Positions 34,069 to 43,220 are shown, numbered from the stretch's first letter. The stretch: 64,000 nucleotides of DNA from an uncultured Alphaproteobacteria bacterium (GCA_902592345.1 CACJEE010000002.1:37749-101748), one strand, 5' to 3'. Program-made: numbers and translations. Notes: generated by a model from the sequence alone, not told the origin.

Positions 34069-34083
34069 TGTTATAATATAACA
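34069..34083. promoter_or_regulatory. Zur box in the znuA | znuC divergent promoter
   Basis: Perfect 7-1-7 palindrome TGTTATA-A-TATAACA. It matches the core of the proteobacterial Zur consensus (ATGTTATAnTATAACAT) as recalled. Confidence 0.75.
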
Positions 34084-34103
34084 TATCAAATTGTAAACAG
34101 AAA

Positions 34104-34844
34104 ATGGATCAAAATAAATTACTAGTTAAATTAGAAAATGCAGGTGTCTATAGGTCTTCTAAATGGCTTGTAAGAGGTATTTCTCTTGAAATAAATCAAG
34201 GTCAAATTGTAACGCTTATTGGACCCAATGGTTCTGGAAAAACAACTACAGCCAAAATGATTTTAAATATTTTGAATACAGATGAAGGTCTTGTGAAAGG
34301 AAATGCCAATAAGATGGCATACGTTCCTCAGAAAATTAATATTGATTGGACGATGCCTCTGCGTGTCATTGATTTTATGAAAATCACAAGCAGCCTTAAT
34401 AATACTCAGATCACTGAGTCCTTAGTTATGACAGGCGTAGATAAATTACTTTATAATCAAATCCATAGTTTGTCAGGTGGTGAATTTCAACGTGTGTTAA
34501 TTGCAAGAGCGATAGCAAAAAAACCAGATCTATTAGTATTAGATGAACCTGTTCAGGGAGTTGATTTTAATGGGGAGATAGCCCTCTATAATCTTATCAA
34601 AGAAATTTCTGTTAACTTAAATTGTGGTATCTTATTAATTTCGCATGATATGCATTTTGTCATGTCTACTACCGATCACGTTATCTGTTTAAATGGACAT
34701 ATATGTTGTTCTGGATCACCAAGCAATGTTGTAAAAAATCCAGAGTATATAAAATTATTTGGTGAACATAACTCAGAGACCTTATCTTATTATCAACATC
34801 AACACGATCATTCACACAATCATGATGGAAGTATATCTAAATAA
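34104..34844 (+). CDS. znuC: Zinc ABC transporter ATP-binding protein
   Basis: Walker A GPNGSGKTT, LSGGEFQR, LVLDEP. His-rich C-terminal tail YYQHQHDHSHNHD. Confidence 0.9.
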   Translation: MDQNKLLVKLENAGVYRSSKWLVRGISLEINQGQIVTLIGPNGSGKTTTAKMILNILNTDEGLVKGNANKMAYVPQKINIDWTMPLRVIDFMKITSSLNNTQITESLVMTGVDKLLYNQIHSLSGGEFQRVLIARAIAKKPDLLVLDEPVQGVDFNGEIALYNLIKEISVNLNCGILLISHDMHFVMSTTDHVICLNGHICCSGSPSNVVKNPEYIKLFGEHNSETLSYYQHQHDHSHNHDGSISK

Positions 34845-35647
34845 TGTTTGATGATTTTTTTATTCGCGCATTAATTGCAGGTATAGGCATTGCTATTGTA
34901 ACTGGCCCTCTTGGATGTCTAGTGATATGGCGAAGGCTCTCATATTTCGGCGATACTTTATCACACTCAGCCTTACTCGGTGTGACATTAGCTTATGCTT
35001 TTAGTATTAATATATCTCTATCAGTATTTATCATATCTGGAACAGTGGCATTACTTCTACTCAGTTTACAAAAAAGAACAAAGTTAGCGGGAGACTCATT
35101 ACTTGGGCTTCTTGCGCATTCAACTCTAGCGATAGGTCTTGTATTAATTGGTTTTCTATCCTCTATTCGTTTTGATTTAATGGGATTATTATTTGGAGAT
35201 ATATTGGCCGTCACTGTTGAAGATATTTTTATTGTTTGGTTTGGTGGATTAATCATTTTAGGAATATTATTTTACATTTGGAAATCAATATTTGCCGCGA
35301 CTGTTAATTATGATTTAGCAGCTGCTGAGGGAATGAAGCCGGATCTATCTAATTTTATTTTTACTCTACTTCTTGCTGGTGTAATTGCTATTTCGATAAA
35401 AATGATTGGGGCCTTACTTATAACAGGCTTACTTTTAATACCTGCTGCTACGGCAAGAAGCTTAAGCAGTAATCCACGTCAAATGGTTATACTATCAATT
35501 TTAGTAGGAATTATCTCAGTAATATTGGGTTTATTTAGTTCGTTAGAGCTTAATACAGCCTCAGGTCCATCAATCATTGTTGCCGCATTAGTGTTATTTA
35601 TTCTTTCATTAATATCATTTAAAAGAAGCGGCGCATTGCAAAAATGA
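34844..35647 (+). CDS. znuB: Zinc ABC transporter permease
   Basis: 267 aa ABC-3 family permease. 1-nt overlap with znuC. Confidence 0.9.
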   Translation: MFDDFFIRALIAGIGIAIVTGPLGCLVIWRRLSYFGDTLSHSALLGVTLAYAFSINISLSVFIISGTVALLLLSLQKRTKLAGDSLLGLLAHSTLAIGLVLIGFLSSIRFDLMGLLFGDILAVTVEDIFIVWFGGLIILGILFYIWKSIFAATVNYDLAAAEGMKPDLSNFIFTLLLAGVIAISIKMIGALLITGLLLIPAATARSLSSNPRQMVILSILVGIISVILGLFSSLELNTASGPSIIVAALVLFILSLISFKRSGALQK

Positions 35648-35670
35648 AAACAATTTGATATCTAAATAGT

Positions 35671-36069
35671 ATGGCTCTTTCAGCAGAAAAATTAACAAAC
35701 AACCAACAAACGGTTCTAGATTTATTAGAAAAATCAAAAGAACCATTAAAAGCATATGCCATTCTTTATGATACACAAAAAAAAGGAATTAAAGCGCCAC
35801 TTCAAGTCTACAGAGCTTTAGATAAGCTCATTGAAATTGGTAAGGTTCATAAAATAGAGAGTAGAAATTCCTATATGGCTTGTGAGCATAAAAATTGTAA
35901 CTCATCGACATCTACATCTTTTTTAATTTGTGAAACATGTGATCAGGTGAGTGAATTAAAACAAAAGAATTTACCTTCCTATTTTGCAAAACAAAGCGAG
36001 CAGGCTGATTTTAAATACGCAAAACATAATTTAGAAATTTATGGTACTTGTAAAGATTGTACTAAATAG
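35671..36069 (+). CDS. zur: Fur-family zinc uptake regulator
   Basis: 132 aa winged-helix N-terminus, Cys pairs CEHKNC, CETC and CKDC. Follows znuCB. Confidence 0.8.
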   Translation: MALSAEKLTNNQQTVLDLLEKSKEPLKAYAILYDTQKKGIKAPLQVYRALDKLIEIGKVHKIESRNSYMACEHKNCNSSTSTSFLICETCDQVSELKQKNLPSYFAKQSEQADFKYAKHNLEIYGTCKDCTK

Positions 36070-36148
36070 ATAAAAAAATTATAAATAATAATAATATTTG
36101 TTCTAGCCGAATCGATTTTTGAAACTTAATTGGTTGGCAAATATTAAA

Positions 36149-37108
36149 ATGGATTTAACTTTAGTTTATACTGTAATTGGTTTTAGTCTTGCCGCCTATT
36201 CAGTTGTGGCAAATGACTCTGTTCAAACTCTTGGTACTTTTATGGCTTCCAATCAACGCTTCAAATGGTATTGGTTGGCAACTGCTGCTTCTGCAGTTTT
36301 AGCTTTCACATTAATTTATGGATGGAATGTTAATGATGGTGATATTACTTTTGGACGTTTAAATAAAATCCCTTATCAAACAATCCAATGGTATCACGCT
36401 GGCGCTCCTTTAATACTTGTTATACTTACAAGAGTAGGAATTCCTGTCTCTACAACCTTTCTCGTACTATCTGCTTTCGCCTCTACGGTTGTTCTTGAAA
36501 AAGTTTTGATGAAATCAGTTGTTGGTTATGGTTTAGCAGCTATGGTTGCTTATCTTGTATGGATATGTGTAAGTTATTTTATTAATGAAAAATTTGATAA
36601 GGTAAATGAGAAGCACCGCAGAGCTTGGGTAATCGGACAATGGTGTACAACTGGATTTCTGTGGTACACATGGCTTAGTCACGATGTTGCCAACATTGCT
36701 GTATTTCTTCCACGTCAGTTGCCTGTCAATTTATTAATCCTATGTATTGTTTTATTAAGTGTTCTTCTTTTTTATATTTTTTGGGATCGAGGAGGACGTA
36801 TTCAAAAGATTGTCTATTCGAAAACAGGTACGCGGTACACCAGGTCTGCAACTATTATTGATTTTATTTATGCAATAATACTCCTCTACTTCAAACAATA
36901 TAATGACATTCCAATGTCAACTACTTGGGTCTTCGTCGGTTTATTATGTGGTAGAGAGTTAGCAATAGCTACAATGAATAAAGAATATAAACTTCGGTAT
37001 GTTTTCCCTTTAATTGGAAAAGATTTTTTAAAAATGATTTTTGGATTATCTGTTTCTGTTGGAATTGTTCTATCCATTCATTATATTTTTATTCCAAACG
37101 GATTTTAA
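36149..37108 (+). CDS. Divergent PiT/PHO4-like membrane transporter
   Basis: Polytopic, with two degenerate PiT signature repeats (VANDSVQTLGTF and SHDVANIAVF). ATG 36149 preferred over the TTG at 36119 used in the track. Confidence 0.5.
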   Translation: MDLTLVYTVIGFSLAAYSVVANDSVQTLGTFMASNQRFKWYWLATAASAVLAFTLIYGWNVNDGDITFGRLNKIPYQTIQWYHAGAPLILVILTRVGIPVSTTFLVLSAFASTVVLEKVLMKSVVGYGLAAMVAYLVWICVSYFINEKFDKVNEKHRRAWVIGQWCTTGFLWYTWLSHDVANIAVFLPRQLPVNLLILCIVLLSVLLFYIFWDRGGRIQKIVYSKTGTRYTRSATIIDFIYAIILLYFKQYNDIPMSTTWVFVGLLCGRELAIATMNKEYKLRYVFPLIGKDFLKMIFGLSVSVGIVLSIHYIFIPNGF

Positions 37109-37115
37109 AGAATAC

Positions 37116-37601
37116 CTACTTTTTCTTTTGTAATTCCTTTTTTAATTTAGGCCAATCATCATCACTTAGAATATAGCCAACACATTTTTTAGAACCACAT
37201 TTACAAATATGTTCTTCAAAATCACTATCAAATGGGTAGCCATAATTATAGGTTAATTCTGTATATTTTTTTATTCTCTTTATTGAGGATATCCAAATTT
37301 CATTATTTGTTATTTCAACCTCACAATTTGGATCACACGAATGATTAATGAATCGAGCATAATTACGAGCAACACCTCCATCAATGTCATATTTTTTATT
37401 TAATTCAAAAACATAAACCATGCCGTTTTTTTTATTTTTTTGTGCTTTTTTAATTTGTTTATCTGCTCTTTTATCACCTTCTTTTTTTGTTACCTTATCA
37501 CCAATATATTGAATAACTTGTTCAGCTTTTTTTATATCACGGTTCGCAAATAGCCCTGAACCGTGTAGTGATGATTTTTTTTTATACCATGATTTTTTCA
37601 T
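37116..37601 (-). CDS. SET-domain protein (putative lysine methyltransferase)
   Basis: GSGLFA, FINHSCDPNC, ELTYNY and post-SET CKCGSKKC. Confidence 0.85.
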   Translation of the reverse strand: MKKSWYKKKSSLHGSGLFANRDIKKAEQVIQYIGDKVTKKEGDKRADKQIKKAQKNKKNGMVYVFELNKKYDIDGGVARNYARFINHSCDPNCEVEITNNEIWISSIKRIKKYTELTYNYGYPFDSDFEEHICKCGSKKCVGYILSDDDWPKLKKELQKKK

Positions 37602-37650
37602 AGGGATTTCTTAAATAGATTTAATGTTAATACAAGTATTAATAATTAAA

Positions 37651-37884
37651 CTAAGCAATAAGAAAATAGTTATAATAACCAATTGCAAACAACGGTAACT
37701 GTAATCCAAAATTAGTTAATAATGCCTTATCCTTTGTAATATATCCAGCAACAGACCAACCAATAGCGCCAAGACCATGACTAAAAATATTTAATGGATA
37801 ATAATTTAAATTTGTCAGTAAAATTCCAAACAAAATTAAACCTGTGCTTAACCATTTTAATTGATTTAATGAAATAATATTCAT
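37651..37884 (-). CDS. Small (77 aa) three-TM membrane protein, unknown function
   Basis: Three hydrophobic segments. 49 nt upstream of the SET gene on the same strand. Confidence 0.5.
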   Translation of the reverse strand: MNIISLNQLKWLSTGLILFGILLTNLNYYPLNIFSHGLGAIGWSVAGYITKDKALLTNFGLQLPLFAIGYYNYFLIA

Positions 37885-37955
37885 TTTTTCTCCCTATAAT
37901 TAATTATAAAATTTTAAATTTTATATATAGCAAAATTTTAAAAAACTATGAATTT

Positions 37956-37972
37956 GTAACAAAATTGCAACA
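37956..37972 (+). promoter_or_regulatory. Candidate Pho-box-like direct repeat upstream of DUF47-pit
   Basis: GTAACA-N5-GCAACA, hexamers at 11-bp phasing, about 40 bp upstream of the start at 38011. Confidence 0.3.
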
Positions 37973-38010
37973 TTGCTTTATTTTTTATTTAAAAGTTCTA
38001 TAAGCGCCCG

Positions 38011-38673
38011 ATGTTTGGATTAAAAAGTAGCTCTTTATTTAGTGATACAAAAAAACTTGAGCGAGAAATTGATGGGTTTGTTGATATTCTCTCGGAGGTT
38101 GGCTTAGTATTTAAAAATATTGTTCCAACTTATCTTAGCCATTCTGCGAACGGTAAATTTGATGAAATGGTTGAAAAAGTTAAAGAAATGGAGAGTAAAG
38201 CAGATAAAATTACCAAAGAAGTGGAACACACCTTATATGAGGAAACACTCATCCCTGATGCACGAAGTGATGTGTTACGTCTTCTCGAGCATATGGATGA
38301 ATTAATTGGTATGTACCAAGGGAATTGTTATCACTTCTCTATTCAAAAACCAAATTTTCCAAAAGAGTTTCATCAAGATCTTATCGAATTAACAGAAACA
38401 GTTGTTAATTGTGTAGAAGCTTTATGCTTAACAGTACGTTCGTTTTTCCGTGATATTAAAAGTGTGCGTGATAACGGACATAAAGTTACCTTTTATGAAA
38501 AAGAATCAGATATAAAATTTAGTGCCTTAGCACGAAGAATTTTTGATTCCGAACTTCCTTTAGATCAAAAAATGCATCTTCGATATTTTGTTGAAAAAAT
38601 TGATCGTATTTGTGATCAAGCAGAAGATATTGCTGATGAAGTTCAGATCTATGCAATTAAACGATCCGTTTAA
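38011..38673 (+). CDS. DUF47 / PhoU-like Pit accessory protein
   Basis: 220 aa helical protein of the type paired with PiT transporters. 6 nt upstream of the pit gene. Confidence 0.8.
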   Translation: MFGLKSSSLFSDTKKLEREIDGFVDILSEVGLVFKNIVPTYLSHSANGKFDEMVEKVKEMESKADKITKEVEHTLYEETLIPDARSDVLRLLEHMDELIGMYQGNCYHFSIQKPNFPKEFHQDLIELTETVVNCVEALCLTVRSFFRDIKSVRDNGHKVTFYEKESDIKFSALARRIFDSELPLDQKMHLRYFVEKIDRICDQAEDIADEVQIYAIKRSV

Positions 38674-38679
38674 TAACTA

Positions 38680-39732
38680 ATGGATATCTCCATCATTATT
38701 TTTCTCTTAGGTGGATTATTTCTTGGGTGGTCTTTGGGGGCAAATGATGCGGCAAATGTTTTTGGAACAGCAGTTGGAACACGAATGGTGCAATTTAAAA
38801 CTGCTGCTATTGTGTGTAGTATTTTTATTATACTCGGTGCTATCATTAGCGGGGCTGGAACAACTGAAACTTTAGGTAAGTTAGGTTCCATCAATGCGCT
38901 GCCTGGTGCTTTTGCTGCTTGTGTTGCTGCAGGAATATCTGTGTACATCATGACAAAAGCTGGTTTACCTGTATCCACAACTCAAGCTATTGTTGGTGCT
39001 ATTGTTGGATGGAATTTATACACGGGATCAGCAACTAATATAAAAGTTCTCATTACAATTTTAGGAACGTGGGTATTATGTCCAGTCATTGCAGGACTAA
39101 TCGCCATGGGCTTTTTTACCCTAACAAAAAATTTTATTTTAAAGAGAAAATTACATATTCTAAGACTAGATGCATATACACGAACAGCTCTTTTATTAGC
39201 AGGTGCTTTTGGTGCATACAGTTTAGGGGCGAACAATATTGCTAATGTGATGGGTGTATTTGTTCCTATATCACCGTTTACAGATATTTCCATTTCTAGT
39301 TTTTTTGTTTTTAGCTCGAAGGAGCAATTATTTTTACTTGGGGGATTAGCTATTGCGGTTGGAGTTTTTACCTATTCTAAAAAAGTTATGTTCACTGTGG
39401 GTAATGATTTATTAAAGATGTCACCTGTTGCCGCTTTTATTGTTGTTATTTCGCACTCTATAGTTTTATTTTTATTTGCCTCTCAGGGTATTAGTAATTT
39501 TTTGCAGTCAATTAATTTACCTTCTATTCCCTTGGTTCCCGTTTCAAGCTCACAGGCTGTTGTCGGTGCTGTGATTGGAATTGGTCTATTAAAAGGAGGA
39601 AAAGAAGTGCAGTGGTCTATAGCAGGGAAAATTACAATTGGTTGGTTTATACTGCCAATTATTGCAGCACTAATTTCGATTTTTTTACTGTTTATTCTTA
39701 AAAATATTTTTAACTTAAGTGTTTTTATTTAA
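38680..39732 (+). CDS. pit: Inorganic phosphate transporter, PiT family
   Basis: Canonical GANDAANVFGTAVGT and GANNIANVMG repeats, 350 aa polytopic. Confidence 0.9.
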   Translation: MDISIIIFLLGGLFLGWSLGANDAANVFGTAVGTRMVQFKTAAIVCSIFIILGAIISGAGTTETLGKLGSINALPGAFAACVAAGISVYIMTKAGLPVSTTQAIVGAIVGWNLYTGSATNIKVLITILGTWVLCPVIAGLIAMGFFTLTKNFILKRKLHILRLDAYTRTALLLAGAFGAYSLGANNIANVMGVFVPISPFTDISISSFFVFSSKEQLFLLGGLAIAVGVFTYSKKVMFTVGNDLLKMSPVAAFIVVISHSIVLFLFASQGISNFLQSINLPSIPLVPVSSSQAVVGAVIGIGLLKGGKEVQWSIAGKITIGWFILPIIAALISIFLLFILKNIFNLSVFI

Positions 39733-40252
39733 TTCTATTATAATTTAAAATAAATTTTTCCTGTTCCTCTGTTTCAATTGCACCTTTTCTTTTTGCTCTA
39801 ACTATTTCTATTGCTTTTTTATTATCTTCACCAAATTCAATCAATAGAATGGCGGCGATGGTTCCTGAGCGTCCTTTTCCACCCATACAATGAATAACTA
39901 TATTTTTTCCCTCTATTAAATCATTTTTTAATAATACTTTTGTTGTTTCCCATTTTTCATTAAATTGACGGTCGGGCGCTTTTAAATCTTCAATAGGCAT
40001 ATGTGTCCATTTTAAATTTTTAGCGTATATAGAACGAACAAAATTTTTTTTATCACACAGTTTTTCAAATTCTGAATCTTCAACTAAGCTTAAAATAGTA
40101 TTGCAGCCTAGATTATTAAAGTTATTTAAATCTTCTAAAAAAATACTTTCACTATAAGTAACTTCTGTTCCTTTTCTTCCAGGAAAACATGTAAGAAAAA
40201 TTTTTCCCTTAACATCTCTTGGTTGCACAAAGTCATACGCCAATTTATCCAT
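39725..40252 (-). CDS. Cys-based (dual-specificity/PTP-like) phosphatase
   Basis: HCX5R(S/T) loop VIHCMGGKGRSGT. 8-nt convergent overlap with pit. Confidence 0.75.
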   Translation of the reverse strand: MDKLAYDFVQPRDVKGKIFLTCFPGRKGTEVTYSESIFLEDLNNFNNLGCNTILSLVEDSEFEKLCDKKNFVRSIYAKNLKWTHMPIEDLKAPDRQFNEKWETTKVLLKNDLIEGKNIVIHCMGGKGRSGTIAAILLIEFGEDNKKAIEIVRAKRKGAIETEEQEKFILNYNRIK

Positions 40253-40272
40253 AATAGTATTTTGTATTAATA

Positions 40273-41976
40273 TTATTTAGTATCAAGAATATTGTATCGC
40301 CACGCTTGTGTTTTACGCAATACTTTTTTTGTAATAATTGTATGGGTAAGCCTCACAGCAACAGAAACATAAACTATTAACATCGCCATTGCAGCAGCTT
40401 TAGCGACTTCTCCCTGTTCATCTAAATGAATAGCAGACACAGATGCAAGAGTAGTATCATAGGAATAAAGGAAGATTACCCCGGACACGGTAGTCATCGC
40501 ATTAACAAATAAATAAATAGAAACATCAAAAATAGGTGGCAGACAAACAGGTAGGGTTACACGCCAAAACATTTTATAAATCGGAATTTTTAAAGACAAA
40601 GAAACAGATTCAAATTCTTTATCCATTTGCTTTAAAGCAGTAATCGCTGTCAAATGAGAGACTGTATAGAAATGAACAATTGTGTTTACAACCAAGATAA
40701 TCATTGTTGCATAAATAAAATTTAGAGGATTATCTTTTGCGTTAAAGAAAAATATATAAGCTAATCCTAATACCAACCCTGGTACAGCCATTGGCATAAG
40801 TGCAAAAAATTGAACTGTATTTCTATATCCTTCATTAATTCTTAATTTTTCAATTAAGTAGGAGCCAACAAAAATAATAATGGTGCCAAAAATTGCTGTA
40901 TAAAATGACAATTCAACTGAATTATAAAAAGAATCCCAGCCAAGTCCTGCTACTTGGAAGTCATAATTTTTTAACGTAAAATTTAAGTTATAAGGCCAAT
41001 ATTTAACTATTGCTCCAAATTGTGCCATCCCTATCATTAATATGATGATTAATGCTAAGGCTGAACAGAATCCAAGCATGATCATATCAACCTTGAAGTG
41101 TTTCTTCGGTTTGAAAACAACTGATCTAGCCGTGAGTAAAGAGATTTGTTTTTTTCTTGAATAACGATCAATAAAAAAAGCTATCATTGCAGGAACTAAT
41201 AGTACCATAGAGATGACTGCGCCCATTTGAAAATTTTGCATCCCAACAACTTCTTTATAAATATCAGTTGCTAAAACATTATAGTTTCCTCCTATAACTT
41301 TAGGAACACCAAAGTCGGTAAACACTTGAGTAAAAATGACAAAGGCCGTACTAATGATTCCGTATCTTGCCCCCGGAATAGTGATGGTAAAAAATGCTCT
41401 AAGCTTAGATGTTTTTAAAACATCTGCCGCTTCATACAAACGTGAATCAGATAATGATAAAGAAGTTGTCAAAATAATAAGTGCATGAGGAAAAGTCCAA
41501 TAGACAGAAGCCATAATGATACCAATAGGTCCATAAATTGATTTTCCTAACAACACTTCTTTTAAAACACCTTGGTTACCAAACCAATACACAAGAGCTA
41601 TCGCAGCAAGAATGGATGGACTTAATAAAGGAATTAAAGCTACTAATTTAAAAAAACCTTTAAAAGGCATGCAGGTTCTTGTTAGGGCATAAGAAAATAA
41701 AAATGCCAAGACAACAACAATTACAGTGGAACAGATAGCGACAAATAAACTATTATAAAGTGATTGAAATAATGCGGGTTCTTGAAGATACAAGTTATAG
41801 TTTGTAAGACCAATGAATTCACCATCTTTATTTTGTAAACTTTTTGAAATTAAAGCCCCTAGAGGTAAAACTAAAAATAATAAAAAAAGAATAATATAGG
41901 AAATGAGCATAAATAGCCCAACTCGATCACTTGAATCTTTACCTCTACGTATATCTGCAAATTTGAATAAACTCAT
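40273..41976 (-). CDS. Fused two-domain ABC permease, Fe(III)/2-aminoethylphosphonate type
   Basis: 567 aa, about 12 TM, two BPD-type halves. Operon with the ATPase. Confidence 0.8.
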   Translation of the reverse strand: MSLFKFADIRRGKDSSDRVGLFMLISYIILFLLFLVLPLGALISKSLQNKDGEFIGLTNYNLYLQEPALFQSLYNSLFVAICSTVIVVVLAFLFSYALTRTCMPFKGFFKLVALIPLLSPSILAAIALVYWFGNQGVLKEVLLGKSIYGPIGIIMASVYWTFPHALIILTTSLSLSDSRLYEAADVLKTSKLRAFFTITIPGARYGIISTAFVIFTQVFTDFGVPKVIGGNYNVLATDIYKEVVGMQNFQMGAVISMVLLVPAMIAFFIDRYSRKKQISLLTARSVVFKPKKHFKVDMIMLGFCSALALIIILMIGMAQFGAIVKYWPYNLNFTLKNYDFQVAGLGWDSFYNSVELSFYTAIFGTIIIFVGSYLIEKLRINEGYRNTVQFFALMPMAVPGLVLGLAYIFFFNAKDNPLNFIYATMIILVVNTIVHFYTVSHLTAITALKQMDKEFESVSLSLKIPIYKMFWRVTLPVCLPPIFDVSIYLFVNAMTTVSGVIFLYSYDTTLASVSAIHLDEQGEVAKAAAMAMLIVYVSVAVRLTHTIITKKVLRKTQAWRYNILDTK

Positions 41977-41984
41977 ATACCTAA

Positions 41985-43058
41985 TTATGTTGAATAAATA
42001 CGAGCATCTTCTCTAGAAAAATATAGATTCATTTCTTTATTCAAATCTAATTCAATTTTTCTTGCAGTAGCACTTGGGACATCAACAATAATTAATTCAT
42101 CTGTAATATTAATTGCTTCAAAATACACTCGTTGAAAAGATCCTAAAAACTCAACTTCTTTAATTGTTCCTGGAATCATATTGTCATCCTGATTGCTTTG
42201 CTTAAACTGAATGTCCTCAGGTCTAATTGCTAATTGAACAGAATCATTTGCTTTAAAATTTCCTATCTCACAATTTATCTCTATTTGATTACATTTTACT
42301 TTGTTTGAACTATTAATAATCGCAGGGATAAAATTCATACTGCCAATAAAAGAAGCTATAAAAGGAGAATTTGCTTTTGTATAAATTTCACTTGGTGTTC
42401 CTGATTGAATTATTTCCCCATCTTTCATTACGAAGATTCTATCCGCCATTGTTTGTGCTTCTTCTTGATCATGGGTAACCATAATAGTTGTTACACCAAG
42501 CTTTCTTTGCAAATCTCGTATTTGTTTTCTTAAAAAAACCCTAACCTTTGCATCCAAGGCAGATAAAGGTTCATCTAATAATAACAATCCTGGAGAGGTT
42601 GCTAAAGCTCTAGCTAAGGCGACACGTTGTTGCTCACCACCAGATAGCTGACTTGGATATTTTAATGCATGTTCAGTTAAATTAACTAAACTTAATAATT
42701 CATCTACTCTTTTTTTTATATCTGCTTTTTTCCATTTATTATTTATCAAACCATAAGATATATTTGAAAAGACAGACAGATTTGGAAACAAGGCATAAGA
42801 CTGAAAGACGATTCCAAAATCTCTATTTGATGGAGGCTCATTTGATATATTAATATTTTTTTGAATAACAGATCCTGTACTTTGAGTTTCTAATCCGGCT
42901 ATACATCTTAGTAAAGTTGTTTTGCCACAACCTGAAGGACCAAGAAAGCAAACAAATTCACCTTCTTGAATATTTATATCAATATTTTTTATTGCTTCAA
43001 AATTTCCGAATGATTTTGATAAATCTTTAACTTCAAGATATGTGTTATTATTCTGCAT
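41985..43058 (-). CDS. ABC transporter ATP-binding protein (PotA/FbpC/PhnT-like)
   Basis: GPSGCGKTT, LSGGEQQR, LLLDEP, C-terminal TOBE-like domain. Confidence 0.9.
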   Translation of the reverse strand: MQNNNTYLEVKDLSKSFGNFEAIKNIDINIQEGEFVCFLGPSGCGKTTLLRCIAGLETQSTGSVIQKNINISNEPPSNRDFGIVFQSYALFPNLSVFSNISYGLINNKWKKADIKKRVDELLSLVNLTEHALKYPSQLSGGEQQRVALARALATSPGLLLLDEPLSALDAKVRVFLRKQIRDLQRKLGVTTIMVTHDQEEAQTMADRIFVMKDGEIIQSGTPSEIYTKANSPFIASFIGSMNFIPAIINSSNKVKCNQIEINCEIGNFKANDSVQLAIRPEDIQFKQSNQDDNMIPGTIKEVEFLGSFQRVYFEAINITDELIIVDVPSATARKIELDLNKEMNLYFSREDARIYST

Positions 43059-43139
43059 AAAATCAAATAAAGTTTAAGTAAATTTATCATAGTTATAACT
43101 TGTTATACGCAAAATTATATTGAAATTTACTAATAACTG

Positions 43140-43167
43140 TTAACAAATTTTTAATATATGCTTAACA
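43140..43167 (+). promoter_or_regulatory. Candidate Pho box: three hexamers at 11-bp phasing, followed by TTGACA
   Basis: TTAACA-N5-TTAATA-N5-TTAACA, then TTGACA at 43171-43176, in the divergent spacer of the AEP-type transporter. Confidence 0.35.
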
Positions 43168-43220
43168 TGATTGACATATTTATAATTAATAAATGTAAAA
43201 TTTTAACGGGAGGTAATTAT

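Noticed and set aside
34030-34089. 20-codon N-terminal extension of znuA
   Set aside because: It would place the Zur-box palindrome inside the CDS and bury the signal peptide. The ATG at 34029 gives a normal lipoprotein/SBP leader.
43158-43220. 21-codon extension of the AEP-type SBP
   Set aside because: The ATG at 43221 has a GGGAGG SD at proper spacing and yields a standard signal peptide. The extension overlaps the putative promoter.
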